64,000 nt of DNA from Sphagnum compactum (Eukaryota), in the NCBI GenBank assembly GCA_965153455.1, contig OZ234493.1, forward strand, positions 15,118,213-15,182,212. The letters are read 5' to 3'. Of this stretch, positions 49,192 to 63,300 are shown one piece after another; within the stretch, counting starts at the first letter, position 1; the number at the start of each line of letters is the position of its first letter. The notes under the pieces were generated by a model, which was given only the letters and a program-made list of their open reading frames with translations, ran no database searches and was not told the origin of the DNA. Made by a program: the position numbers and the translations under genes.

Positions 49192-50912
49192 AGAGGTCTT
49201 TAAACCAGCAATAGGAGGAGGCTTTGGCTGTGGCTGGAAAATTAGCTGCCAACAAGTTCATGAGTGTGGAGGGAGCAGTTGGTAGAGGATCGGATGAAGG
49301 AGAGACTTTTAAAGCTCTGGAGTATTATAAGATGCATGAGCCAGTACCAGTAGTACTGTATAGTTCACTCAGTACCAAGCATACCCTGAGTCAAATGCAC
49401 CCACTAAAGAGCTGAATTCTGCCTTTATCCACAGCTCCTCTTCTCTGATCCTGAGCTCCACTTATTCTCTGATGGACTCCACAGTTTGTTCAGTAGTGTG
49501 ACCCAATGAGGACAACTACTGAATCTGCAGTGTTTCTGAAGCACAAACACATGCTTCTATTTGCTTCAAACATGTGCTAAGATGTTTCATATACCCTCAC
49601 ACACTTGGTCATTGTGCAGATATGCGAGACTTGATTTGCTGCCCAGAGAATTGATGACCTAGTAACCAAGCTATCCACCAGGGGTTGGTTTCATGTTAAA
49701 CCTCGATGAGGATAGTTCAATGGTAATAGGCATGACATAACTGGTGCCAATTGCTTTGTACTCTTGACCTAAGTCTGTACTCATGAATCACATATTTCAT
49801 GAGAGTGCAGTTCAAAGTAAAGTTCTAAGTTCTGTCATAAAATACTGCCATAAGTCTGTTCAAAGTCAAGTTAGAAGTTCTGTCATACAATACTGGCATA
49901 AGTCAATACTTCAGTAATATCCTTACTTAGGGCAACAGGTCCCATTTCATTAAAACAGTTATAATTGTCTTCCAACTCAGAAAAACAAGCTAAAAGAACA
50001 TCCTATGAAACTTCCATAGAGCAAACCAATGACTGAACTGTGTGAAAATGTCCAATCTCAGATGTCTATCAGAAAAAACTTCCTTCACCTTAACCATTAG
50101 GAATCTATACTACAGCATTAACTAGCAACTACCACCATTGGAACGCATAGAGAGATAGCATTGTCTGGAATTGATGCTCAGTTGTACAAGACTAGATGCA
50201 CATCTACCTACAAGGTCTCAGCCCCACCTCAAAAAAAATTATACAGGCTTCAGTGAGGTTTTAGTAGGATATATCTTGGAATCTATGTACCCAGCAGTTA
50301 AGTCAGGGTACCTGAGAAGGGTCTGCTGAAAGACTTACTGCCACAGCGTGGTGACTAGAGAACTGGATTCATAACCATGTTGAGAAGTGAAGTTTCACCC
50401 ATATTTTGTGCACAACACTCACTGGTAATGCTTTGCTCAACAGCCTCATGTAGAGCTGCAATTATTGGCAACAATATGGGCTTTGGCATCACTTCACATG
50501 GCAGAAGACCTCTCAACACTTAGTGTGCATCTGGAATCAGGAGGGGTAACAAGACCAAAAGACCACAAATTTACAGGCATTTGGTATGTGACTTCAAATT
50601 AGTTCTGAAAAGAAACCAAAGGATGTGCAATTAGAAAAGCAGGTCCAGTCTTAACTCAAACCAGCTCAAAAGCCTTGTGGATAATTAACTAGTTCTAACA
50701 ACTCAGCATCGAATGTATACTGTCCTTGGCATCCCACTTGCTCTGGATGCAAACTGAGCTTGCAGTCTATGACAAAAGTGAAGTCTTGAATACAGCCTCT
50801 ACTCTTCTGTCTCCCTCCCCTTAGTCTACAAATTGGTCAAGAGAGCAGAGGACCCACAAAAACCAAAGTCATACCTCTAAACCGCCCTTTCTGGTGCCCC
50901 TCTTTATCATGC

Positions 50913-53843
50913 CTAGGATTCATGGAGGGCATTGAAAGCAGGTCCAAGTAATGGTGGTTTCTCAGCCCCATAGCTATGGATTTTGTTGAATCGCCAATAA
51001 CTATCTGGTAACTCTGCTGTGAACCAGTCCTTGAAGTCATCATATCGCTGCGATACCTCTGAAACTGAAAAATAATTGATGGGGAACTCTTCTGTAAGCA
51101 AGCCCTCTGTGTGCCTTTGGACCTTCTTGTGCTGTACAACCACAATGGCTAGTAGATCAGATCCAGCAGTTTGATAAATAGGATACCCACCTTCTCAACT
51201 CCATGGAATTTGCGTATTAGGCACTATTGCCAAGCCAGGCCTAAATGAGATTGAAGAGCAAAATAAAGGATAAAACATAGGGAGGAGACAAAATCAGCAC
51301 TAACCAACAAAAAGCCAAAGACCCTTTCCAAGAAGATGTCCTCTGGCATATTGACTGCCTCAGGATATATTCGCCCACAAACCACCCGATGCCTGCACAG
51401 ATCCACCCACACCATGAAACTTTTTGACCAATTGAAAATTGAGAATTGAGTACTAATGCTCTTGCCTCCTTATATATCTTCAGGTAAAGAACAGGCCTGG
51501 TATCCTACCAATTCATGATAAGTGTTGAGTGCCAGAATCCTCTTCACCCAAGCCAACGTCACCCTTAGTTGCAAATTAGACCAAAGTTCTTTCAAATTCT
51601 CTTTTCCCTACTTAATATGTGCAACCAGGGCACATATACGTACCATACATCTCTGATTGCAAATGGACACACATATGAACAGTCATGCAGATGTAAATAA
51701 ACCTGTGGTGCACTCATATGCCAAGATCCACAATTATATCCACCTTTGGGAACAACATGCAATCAAGGGTGAAGACAGAGATGGCAAACCTTGTCTCTTT
51801 GTCATCTTTGCTCACAAGAATATCATACATCCATCCCCCATTTGTCTTGATTTTATTTTCATAAAACACCTCAAAAGCCACTTCATCACCAGCTGGGGTT
51901 GCAACTACAATAGATTTCCTCCTGGCTGCTGCCTCTGCAAGAGTCTTTTCAGCTTCTGCTATTTCCTCACTTGATTGCTCCTCTGACTGATATTCAACAA
52001 AGTATTCATCAGCACTTCTCTACTACCAAAGTAAGTGGCACTCACATGACAACAGTTAACATTTTTTCAAACCACCTTCAAATACTTTGGAGTATAACAC
52101 TCTAAACAGGCAACCTCACTGGATCTTCTGTAGGGATGGAATGTGAAGCAGTTGTGAAGCCCCTAGGACAAACATGATGTACAAGATATAAATTGGCATG
52201 ACATGGAGAAATACATGCCCTGCTATGAGTTTACTTTTGGAACTGAAAACTCTGGACCTCCCAAGTTCATGCTATTCAACCACAATCCAAAATGTACCCA
52301 TCTCCCTGCCACAGATTCCACCTTGTGGCAAAGTCCTTTTACCATCCTGATGTGTCAGTCTTGCTTATGTTTGGTTCAATAATCATTGATAAGGCAGGAC
52401 AATAAGAAAGGGGAGGAACAAAGTACACACCGGTAAAACATCACACTTTCCAGTTTGTAAGAGTTCAGGATTGTAAACCATCTGCATCAGAGAAATTCCA
52501 CGTTATACAAAACTGTTGAAGTGACGATCATAATTAAGGAGAAGACCAAATTGTTGCAACAAGAAGTGTGCATGTACCAATGAGTGGTGCACAGAAGAGT
52601 AATTCTGACCTCCTCTGTTAGGCCTCGATCTTTCATAATCTGCAAAAAGGATTTGGCTTTGGAGGTTGCAGCAGCACTTTTCCCTCTTTCAGAAATAGAA
52701 CCAGCATCACCAGGCTGTTCCCACTGGTTTCTCTGTACTGGATCAGAATTACCAGGTGGTGACAGACCAAGCTCTGACATCCACTGTGCAAGACATTCCA
52801 GTGCTTCAGCAAAATGCACCTTATTCTTAAATGGGCATTGCAAAGTTCACAATCATGTACCAACTCTTCAGAACAAACATCAAAACAGAGATGAAGCACT
52901 GCTGAAATTGCAACCAACTTCAGTGGCAGAAGAATTTGAGATGTTGTGTGGGGGCACCAGACATGATCATTATGCAGTTGACCTCTAATCAACCGTCTGC
53001 ACTTAGAAGAGGGATGAAAACAGACCCTTTTCAGAAAGAAATTAAGAAAAAGATGGAGATCAGAGCAATCCAGTATTGATTGCAGTGTCAAAAGCCCGAC
53101 AAAACAATACAGGAGAGGAGATAGAAGGACAGCAGGCTACAAAGGATACACACCTGTTTACGAACAGCAAGCATCTTTTCCTGATCAAGAGTTGGCAAAT
53201 TGTATAGTTTGTAGTAATGGCAAAGCTCAGGCCGCCGTCCCATCAATGTTCGCAATGAGTTCCGAACATCCTTGGAAAATCCAATGTACTGCATGTGACA
53301 GGGTTGGAATTTTAGTTCAGAAACTCAATCCCGCATTGACCTCAAATGACCTAAAGTGAAGATCTGTCAGGTGAGCCATACAAGAAGGATGAACTGACCT
53401 ACATTGGCAGAAGAAGATTTTACCTGAATCTTTTTGTTCTTGTCATAGACTGCAAAGATGCTGGCTGCTGTCTTAGCTTCAACAGGTGGTTGGATTCGGC
53501 CTGTCTGGCTGATGTAGTTAATGAGAGGCAAATCATTGAGGCTAGGTAAAGTTCCTATCTCTGTGGCGGCTGTAGCGACAACAACACAAAGCTTACGAGA
53601 ACCAGACGAGAGTCTCCTTGACCACGACGGCATAGCGCTCCGCAAGAAGGCACGAGAGGAAGCAGACAGGAAGGAGCTTTCAAGCTTTGTTCTGTGAACA
53701 AGACCGTTGCACAAGGCCGACATTACAACAACCCTGCAAGAAGCAGGCGCAGCTCGCACATGATCTAAACAGCAAAACGACGTCGCTTCTGAAATCCGCG
53801 TCGAGAAGCCGCGCTCACTCAAAGCAGCAAAGGAAGCCTGCAT
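50913..53843 (-). CDS. Probable plastid-targeted GIY-YIG-like protein, 427 aa; exons 53843-53424, 53288-53154, 52783-52610, 52481-52431, 51986-51790, 51392-51305, 51131-50913
   Basis: All introns GT-AG and 1284 nt in frame. Ser/Arg-rich N-terminus. SIFAVYDKNKKIQYIGFSKDVRNSLR..RRPE..W..E..PPGN resembles the GIY-YIG-like domain of plant GRXS16 and cyanobacterial proteins. Confidence 0.88.
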
Positions 53844-54320
53844 TTTCCAATTCCTCACAACGCTTAAAACCAAAGAAAATTCTACAAAATCCAAGGCCTC
53901 AAAAAAAGAAACAAAAAAAAAGTCGTGTCAAACAGAGAAGCATTCCGATTCAACTCCATTGTCAGAACTCTCTTGTCTGACTGTCTGCAAAGGAGACATC
54001 GCAAATAACATCGAGCAAGAAAAACCTGAGTTGAAAAGCTAGAAAACAAACCATGTCTTGGATCTTCTGTTGCTGCTGCTGTTCTTGACAAAAAAAAATC
54101 CACGGATGTACGTTGACCTCCTCAGCTAATTCTTAACCGCAACGAAAAGAGCAGCTCTCCATCTACTCTGGATGTCTCAAATCTCTGGATATCTCTCGGT
54201 TTCTTCACCAAATTCCTGCCGCTTCCGCGACAAATTCCGCAAGCCAAAACTTCCTCTCCGCGACCTTAAGTGCACAGAAGAGAGCAACTTTCGCTGCTCC
54301 TGGTCGAGGGGGTTTAGAAT

Positions 54321-54358
54321 GGATAAGCCTTTTATGTCACGTGGCCTCTTCTTATTGG
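54321..54358 (-). promoter_or_regulatory. Clustered I-box (GATAAG), G-box (CACGTG) and CCAAT upstream of the GIY-YIG-like gene
   Basis: GGATAAG at 54321-54327, CACGTG at 54338-54343, ATTGG at 54354-54358, about 480 bp upstream of the ATG. Confidence 0.45.
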
Positions 54359-54619
54359 ACAATGGATATGTCCACCTTCTTTGAAGAAAGAAAATAGAGA
54401 GATATAAAAAAAAAATTGAGAAATATAGGTAGGTAGGAAAGTGGCGAAATTCAGACTATTGCAAAACAAGTGTAGTCCCAATCAGAGAGAAATAGAGACA
54501 AAAATGGCTACAATCAAAATTTAAAAGCAGATTTAAGGCTATTATGTGGCAACATATGGAAATTTCTATAACTTGACGAACTAGCTTTGTTTTTTTTGAA
54601 ATGCTAGAGATAAGAAATA

Positions 54620-57600
54620 ATGTTCATCCTTTTTACTTCCTAAAACATGAACTATGGCCATCTCTAGGAGCTTAAGGTACTTTAAGAAGGAATGGTCAAA
54701 ACACAAGATGCGTGAATTGTCCTCCAAATGCAAGTCAATGGATTGAGATCAAATAGTGGTTCCATCGTAGCCTTGGAATTGTTTTTCATACACAACTTGA
54801 ACATGTCGTGTTGAGCATCTCATTGCTAAACGATCAAGCAAAGGTGGAACTATAAAACTTGACTCAACACACCCCCAACATTTTTGGTTTACAACACCAC
54901 AACTTCAATACTTTAGGGTGTTTGACAAAGTTGTCTTCAAAGTTGGGCTATAGCCAATATTGTGAATATATAATGCCCATGGCATCAACCAAGGTACACT
55001 AGAGGAAGCAACTATCTAACTCCTTGATCAATTAGGCAATTGCACTTGTGGACCAACATAAGCAAATAAAAATGACTCGCCCATCAATGCAAAGCCCCAA
55101 AACTCAACATAGAAAACATTCAATACATTTAAATCAAACAATATATAGTTTAGGAAACTCACTTGAACATTTTGCCTTCACTTGTGAAATCAAAGTTTGA
55201 AAAGACTCATGAATCACAATTGTTCACACTTTTGAAATTGGGTTGTTCTACGTGGCCCAAAGCTTCTCACCATTCACAATAAAAGCAAGTTGATTATTGG
55301 AATCATTCAAATCTACCACCCACTCCATGTGGATGTGGTCATGCCTACAATCCGATAAACCTTTGAATGCCTAAAACTCGTCACTAAAAAAAGATGAGCT
55401 TCCATCATTATACAAATAATAGAGTTTTCCTTGGTAGATCTTTATTGCAACCATCAAATCAAATATAAAAACATCACATTGTTGTGCAAATTGCACAAGG
55501 GAGTGAACAAAGGAAAGATGCAACACATGCCCAACATGTAGTAGGGATTAGCAAGCAAGAGCATATTCGCTTACAAATGCAACCAAATGGAAAATTTAAC
55601 AACCTTGAAAAAAATGCAATAGCTCTAAAGAAACTAGGAATTGGAAAAAAAAAATGTTTATGAAAACAATGCAACCAATTGTGAAGAAACCAAAATCAAC
55701 CTTTGAAGACAAATGTTGCAACTCTAAAACAACTAAGAATTAGAATCCACTTCTAAATTAAAATGCAATAGCTCTCAAAAAACCAAGTGTTAGAATCCAC
55801 ATTTGAAAAAAAATTCTAGTTCTAAAAAACTAAGAACCAAAATCCACCTTGGAAATAAATGTTATAGTTCTAAAGACACCAAGAACCGGAATTCAACTTA
55901 TTTTTAAAATTACAACAACCAAAATCCACCTTTGAAATAAATTGTTAATACAAATTTAAAAAGAAGCCAACAAGGTACCTGCCAACTTAATTGTTTGTCA
56001 TATTCATAAACATCTTGACCAAAAGTGGTTAATATCCGAAAAGGATTTTCCTTAAAGGATCCAACAATGATATCTATCACGTTTTCACATACTTTAACAT
56101 TTTAAGCCCTTCATTTCCATCATATTATTAAGTTTGGTGAATTCAAGTTGCCTTTTTAGGCTATGAGTAAAATATGCACAATAGCTTTGTAACAAATCTT
56201 CTATAGTAATGAGTATTCCCAAGCTACACAAGGTCTTGAATGCAAGATTGCACCTATTGGTCATGCAATGAACCCAATAGAAAAAATTGTATAGTTTGTG
56301 TTCATTGGTTTAGTGACACTAGTTTTTGTGCCTTGGAATGTGCTTACCCCCATCAACCCCAAAACAAAGGAGCTTCTAAGCCACAAAAATTGAACTCAAA
56401 CATCTACCTTTCTACAACAACTACATGATCACAATAATTAGGTTGTCAACTCCTACTCCATCAACAACTTGTTGAAGAAAGAGCATTATGGGAACTTTCA
56501 CCCAATTCTACATCATGTATGCATGTATGAAAATCTAACTCCCATTATCCATAATGTTCACCCATCACATGTAAAGGCCACATAATTAATTGAAAGAATA
56601 TTTTTTTAAATTACATTAGTCATTTGACCATACATGAACTCAACCATTATCCATCTTGAATTATCTTATCAATGCATTTTGGGGTTCTTAAGCACCCCTT
56701 TGAAATAATACAAACCTTCTTTCTTCATATTTTACCATAAGCCAACCGACCACCTTCAAAAATCTAAAACAATGTGGCAAATTGAATTGTTTTCCTCTCC
56801 ATCTCCAAAAGTCTATTTTTATTGATTCGTTATAAGACAATAATAGGTGTTCAAGTGAAAAAACAAGGTTTAATTTTTCTTGTGTTTGCAAGTATTATTG
56901 TTATACCACTCTAATTTCTTGACATTGAACTTTAGCAAATCTTTTTTGGGGTGACAGCATGAAAAAAAAACCCATAAAAATGGGTGGATAGCCCTTAAAA
57001 ACTATTTTTTGAATTTTTGAAAAATCAGCATGGGAACACTATATATCAAAAAAATCGTTTAATTTTTTAAATAAACTTTTATACTTTCAAAGTTGCAACT
57101 ACAAAAAATTTATGAAAATTCATCATGTTTTAAGAATCTTTTTATATTTTTAAAGCATTCAAGAAAAGCATGTGGATAGATGGCTTTTTTGTTTCAAAAG
57201 TCTTTTGTCCTTATTAAACTTTCACCAAATTATTTCAATTTATTTGTGAACTTTAATATATTTCACAAGAAGGGATCCATTGTTCAAAACATTCAAAAAT
57301 ACATATACCCTTTTAAATTTTGATACTCAAACATCTTTAAGCACTATAAAAGTTTTTAATTTGTTATGGTTCAAAGTAAAGTTATAGATTTGATTATAAT
57401 GTAATGCTTGATACAAAAAAATTGAGTTTTTATCACGTTATATATCATATTTGGCTTCAAATTTGATATTCAATTTGAAAAACTATGTGAAAAATGCATT
57501 TTAAACCAATAGAGAACTACCATGTGGAAAATGTTGTCCTTGGAAAGGACTTTAACCTTGGCATGATTGGCTCTTTTTTTCATGTTTTCATCCTTTGGGC

Positions 57601-58100
57601 CTTCCTCTTGCCCACATGCTTCATCAATGTATCCCACTTGGGAATAAACAAACAAGGTTTTCTTGTTAATGGTGTTGTAAACCTTGCATCTAATGTTGTG
57701 AAGAATGCCATTAGTGGCAAGGATACCTTTACTAGCTTAAGGGAACTTGACAACCCACTCAAATTGAAACTTTTATGTGTGATCATAGGATTTTTTCAAC
57801 ATTTGAAATGGAGCACAAGGCAACAAATTGATATTTGATTTTGTATTAAGAAAGTCATTCAAATCAACAACCTTTTCTAAATACATGGGGGAATCGACAT
57901 GGCAACTATCACTCAAACTAGGTTGCGCATATGATGGAAATAAAGGGGTTGCATCAAAAGGCAACCCAATAGAAAAGCTTGAAATGAAATGGCAACCAAG
58001 AAAAAGAGGAATAAATGAAGGCCCATTAAGAGAAACTACATCAATAAATGGCAAGGGTAAGATGGCAAATGTTGCAAGAGAAGTCAATGCAATTTTCAAC
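54620..58100 (-). mobile_element. Highly decayed hAT-like (ZNF862/DUF4371-type) transposase remnants
   Basis: Minus-strand pieces KFQFEWVVKFP..RCKV..PKWDTLMKHVGKRKA (~57600-57780), IFIHAY..NWVKVPIMLFLQQV (~56500), FGVDG..FQGTKTSVT (~56340). Many stops. Boundaries approximate. Confidence 0.55.
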
Positions 58101-60013
58101 AATCCAAAAGACCGTGAACCACAAAGAATCAGTCTTGAAAAATTGAATGAGTCGTTTCCATCAAAAGGTAATAGTATAGAATCACAAATTAATCACAATG
58201 GCTATATATTTAATATTTTTTCTATTGGATAAATACCATAGTAATTTGGGTTTGCACCCTATTGTCAATCTTACTATTAATTTTAGTGGTTTCCTCTTCA
58301 TGGTCCTATTGATGTATGCACATACCAAACATGCACAAAGACAAAAGGCATCAATAGATAGAAATTCAAAACATGCATGAAATTAAAACATGCAAAAAAT
58401 GCATGAAACCAAATTCATAAACCACAACAAACTTACAAATATTTAAGGAATGAAAACATATTTTAATCGACTTGGAATTGGAAGTAGCAACCAAATCACA
58501 CATCTTCAAGAATCTCAAATTCATTTGGGAAAAAAGGTTTTACATTTTGTGGTAATAGACTCATAATCGACCAAGAAACTTGAAAGCATCCAAGGTTGTG
58601 ATTCAACAACATTGCACAATGAAATCTATGGCCGGTTGCTACTAAATGTTCAAACCTAAAAGATTTGTTAAAAGATCTTGACCACGGATTTTGGAAGTAA
58701 GGGATGTTGGAAGTAGGAATATTGAAACATCATGGGCATGCACCCACAAAGCCATATGGCTCCATTAATGGATGCCACAGATGTGATCTAGTTACCAATG
58801 ATTATTTTTCCCTTTATTTTGTTGGTGTGCATGTACATGTCTCTTTACAAATTTGTATAGTGCTTTCAATTTTTTTTTTCCACCAAAAAAAGGGTTGATC
58901 CCCATTGTTAGTGTCAGGGTGAAAACTTAAATTTGGCATACCTCTAAATGTGGCCATCCCCTTTACACACTTTTGTGTCACTTCTTTTCAATTAGGTTCC
59001 AAAAGAATGGTAATTGTGTATCACAACTCATGGTATGTTACTAGTTACTACATTTTTCATTTTTTTATTCTTGGAACATTGAGTAGTAGGTAGTAAAAGA
59101 AAAAGCCTCCATTTTCACTTTCATGCTTTTGTGTCAATTTTGTAATTAGGTTGCAAAAGAGTGGTAATTGTATGTTAACTTGTGATATGTTATTTAGTTC
59201 AAGCTACATCCTTCAATTTTATTCTTGGAGCATTGAGGAGTAGTTAGTAAAACAGGTTTTACCTCTCTTTTCAATTATTATGTTTTTGGTCACTTCTTGA
59301 ATTTAGGTTGCAAATTTCACCCTTGAAGATATGTAAGTGTTTTGTTTGTGTATGAAAGGGGAATGGTATGGAAATTTCACATTAGCATTTTTTAAAAACT
59401 TTCTTAGAATTGGAATTTTCATATTAAGATTTTCCAACAACTTTCTTAGAATTAGAATTCTCACATTATGATTTTCCAAAAAAATTCACAAATTTGGAAA
59501 TTTGATGTTAGAATTTTTTGAAATATTTTTTTAGAATTATGAGTTTCACATTTAAGAAATTTCCAAAAAAATTATATCAATTGGAAATTCTCACATTTAA
59601 ATTTTTTCATAAACGTTTTTAGAATTCAATTTTACAAAAACTTTTTTAAAATGGTTAATTTCACATATAGGGTTTTCCATGATATACCAAAAGAAAAATT
59701 GTATAATATAATTTTTAGAATCAAATGAAAATTTAAGATATGAAATTTATTTATATATTTATTATTATATTATCCATTTATTAATCATGTAATTAAAATT
59801 TTTTTTCCCCATAATCATCATTGAAATTGTTTTGAATAACAAAATTCAAATTTTTTTTCAAATCAATTTATATTTTTAAGAGGAAAAATATATGTTTGTG
59901 TACATTTTTTTATAAAAAATATAAACTTTAATCTTATTATTTGGACAAAATTGTAATAAAATATCAAAGTTCAAAAATGATGTTTTGTGTAATGTTTTAA
60001 ATGAAATAGGTTA

Positions 60014-60534
60014 TGTCATGGGCACGAAAAATTACAAGAATAGGAATTAAGCCAAGGACACAGTAAGGAAAACAAATCACAAGAAATGCAAGCTTAAGTC
60101 TCATCAAAGATTTGAAACACAAAGACACAAAGCAAGAACATGGTATATGCTAGAAGATGATTCAAACGAAACTTTATTTTGATAATACATGAAAACAAAA
60201 GTTAAAACAAAAAAATGTATCCAAAACTAGTGTTGAACGGGTTGAAGGTAATGGGAAGTCGTATCCCTATTTATAACCCATTGGGGACCTAGTTCAAAAA
60301 AGCTTCCATAGAGATTTCCATGTGTGCATCGACCAAGGAAGTTTCTTTAAAAACTTCCTAATTAATAGTGAATTATGAGTTAATTAATAATTAACGATGA
60401 TGCAAGCAATGATGCAGGCGATTATGTTAATGCAAACAATGATGCAAACGACTTGTTAGTGCAAATGATGATGTAAGTGATGATGCAGGCGACTTTGTTG
60501 GGGCAAGCAATGGGTGATGGTGGTGTCTGTGACA
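60014..60534 (-). mobile_element. Probable solo LTR (~521 bp)
   Basis: TGTCA...TGACA ends. Flanks GGTTA / GGTAA (4/5 TSD). Minus-strand TATAAATA (~60270) and AATAAA (~60175) in the expected order. Confidence 0.6.
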
Positions 60535-60884
60535 GGTAAATAAAATGCACATTATTTCTTTGCCATAACAAGTGGGGTGGCTTGGTGGTAAAAAAATTGA
60601 TATGCATCCTAAAGGTTCAAGGATCATTCCCCACAAATGACGTGGGTTGTGGTCAATGTTACAATGTTGATGGATTATTCCCTACCTATATAGCCAACAT
60701 AAGTTAGGTGCCTATTAGATGACCTTAAGTAAGCACAATAGTTATCTTACTAACAACTTAAACTAGTTTTTAAAGCCTAACCTATGTAATGACACGTATT
60801 AACATGGTACATGTTTAATTTAATGAAATAAATAAATAAATAATATTATTTTACTATTTAAATGATAAATATTTAAATAAATAT

Positions 60885-61147
60885 AAATAATGCGACTACA
60901 TTTTTTAATCATAAAATCAGTTGCAAAATGACGATACCATGTAAATTGATTTGGATGGATGAAAAATTCATGTAAGTTGCATCTTTATGTGACTACCATT
61001 ACAACTTGGTGCCACATATTGTCTTTTGTGACTAGAATTTTATGCGACTTGTACAAAATGACTGAGCATTGTAACAAGTCGCATACGATAATTACGACTA
61101 AAAATGGATCATAAATCTAGTCATATATTTGCAAATTCCTTGTAGTG
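60885..61147. mobile_element. Isolated canonical CACTA terminus with subterminal repeats
   Basis: Ends in ..ttccttGTAGTG (reverse complement CACTACAAGG). Multiple (t)gcgact/agtcgc-type short repeats precede it. Partner end not found. Confidence 0.55.
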
Positions 61148-62399
61148 ATCTAGTTAGAGGTCAAGCAAGAAAATAAAATTTGTTGATAATTTCACTTTGT
61201 TCTAGCAACTTCCGTGACCTCAACATCTAAACGTGATGAACTTAAATTTTTTTTGTATCATAATGTGATGACTTGGGCCCATCATTTCCAAGAAATCCCC
61301 GTACCATTCATAGTTCCTTGTTTTTTCACCAAGTTAAAATTCACCCCAAAAAAACATTTCTTCTATCCATAAATATCCTTCCTATAATAGAGAAAGGATA
61401 TTAGACCTGTTTTTTAAAGAAAGAAATATCTTATATCTATTTAGGGGCATAAGAAAAAAAAGCATAAAATCCCACACACTCTGAAATAATAAAAATCATT
61501 TGCTCGTATGTTTTATGTTCATGATAACCTTACTCATGCTTAACAATGTATAATGTCAATAGATGTGCAACATTTGCAAAGCATGGGGTCAAAATTAACT
61601 ATAACATTATCTTACTTGCCCTTTACTTTGGGGATGCCTCACTTGTAAGTGCCTTACTTTACATAGACAAATACATCGTAACAAAATACAATTCAAGATG
61701 TGACAATACATATGTTATACCAAGATTTTTCCATGATAATCTTTGTTTTCATCCAACAAGACAATTATCCACCCCCAAGTAACGCCCCAGGTCAACCTAG
61801 AATGTTTGCTAGCTAAGTAAAGCTAGTATAAGTTTAACATAATTATTAATGTTCATTGGTTTTTTTTCCATAATTAATGTGGGAAGGTTTTTGTGAAAAC
61901 ACACCTTGCTTGAAAATAGAAAACAAAAATATGGGCACAAATTGTAAAGCCAATTTCTTCACTAAAACTTCACTACCATTGAAAACCTTAACAAAAAAAA
62001 ATGGTTGTTATAAACACGCACATCTTACCTTGCAAAAAATAAACACACATGCACAACCTTTCTCCACCCAAATCTTGCTACCATGCACACACAACTTGCA
62101 AAGCCTCCCTACTTGAGTGAAACCTCATTACTACACCTCACTACCATGCGCATGAATTGAATGAGGTCACTCTCTTGCCATTTAAAGTTACAAAACAATC
62201 TCCACTAAAAAAAACCATCACCTCTTCTTTTTGCTCACATCTTTAAAGTTGTTCTTAAGAGCTCACCTAAACCTAGGCGTTGTCATATGTGCAAATAAGC
62301 AAGGACCATTTCAAGAGAACTTAGGGTGAAATTCAAAAGAATGTTGATTTTGATGCAAATTTGAATTTCATCGTTGTTATTTTCTTTAATGACACATTG

Positions 62400-63300
62400 G
62401 CATTACGGTTATCAATTCATACAACATTTGGCCAAAATTTCTTACACAAACTTCGAGACATGTCACAAATACCTTTTATAGCATGCTCTTTGACAAGATA
62501 TTTGAAGCCCATCGTGCCCAAATTCTATCATGTTCTGGCCCAAGGGCGAGTGTTTGGCTTATAGTTTGACCAATTTTCCCAAACTTTCGACTAACTTCCT
62601 CGGTATTTTCCACAATGATTCGAATACAACTTGGACTGCCCCATCCCTCAATTGCAGGTATCTTTCAATGCATGTGCACACATCCCATTGACTTTATGGG
62701 TATCCACCTTTTATGTTGTGCTCATGGCAATGAACACACAAGAAGCCATGATGAAGTTCATGACACCTTTGCTGTCATTGTGCGAAATCCTAGCTTCCAC
62801 ATGGGGCAAGAACAACTACATGCACTTCCTTCAAACACATTCAACTCCTTTTGTCAATGAGTCGACATTGTGGTCACCAAAGATGGTGTTCACACCTTAT
62901 TCAATGTTAACATTGTCAACCCAACACGAGCAGATTTATTTCCCCCATTTTACACCACCCAAAGATTTGCTGCTTCCGATGTGGTTCAAGCCAAAGAACA
63001 GAGCTATCACGATTAACACCTTATTGATCAATTTTTCCCCTTAGCATGAGAGGTATTTGGATGTCTACATAAGCAGGCGGATGTGTTTTTACACAATTGT
63101 GCCAATGTCATTTGGAGTTTGAAAGGACCAAATGGCCTTCCTCTTTCAATCTTGGTTACTTTTCCTTGACAAAAAAATTCAATCACATGGCAAAAGGTGC
63201 AAGCATCCTCCATCTTTAGTTAGGCAATAGTTGTAGGCATAGTTACTTCCTGACTTCCAACCCTTCACAACACATCTCCCATCTCCACAATCGACTTATT
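62400..63300 (+). mobile_element. Decayed 3' part of a non-LTR retrotransposon (CCHC plus restriction-like endonuclease, CRE/R2-like)
   Basis: LGLPHP..CMCTHPID..GIHLLCCAHGNEHTRSHDEVHD followed by *VDIV and PLA*EVFG-like motifs, with stops. Confidence 0.55.

Noticed and set aside
55600-59640. AT-rich degenerate ~40-bp repeats at ~55600-55930 and ~59370-59640
   Set aside because: Too degenerate to define units or ends. Probably decayed TE-internal repeats.
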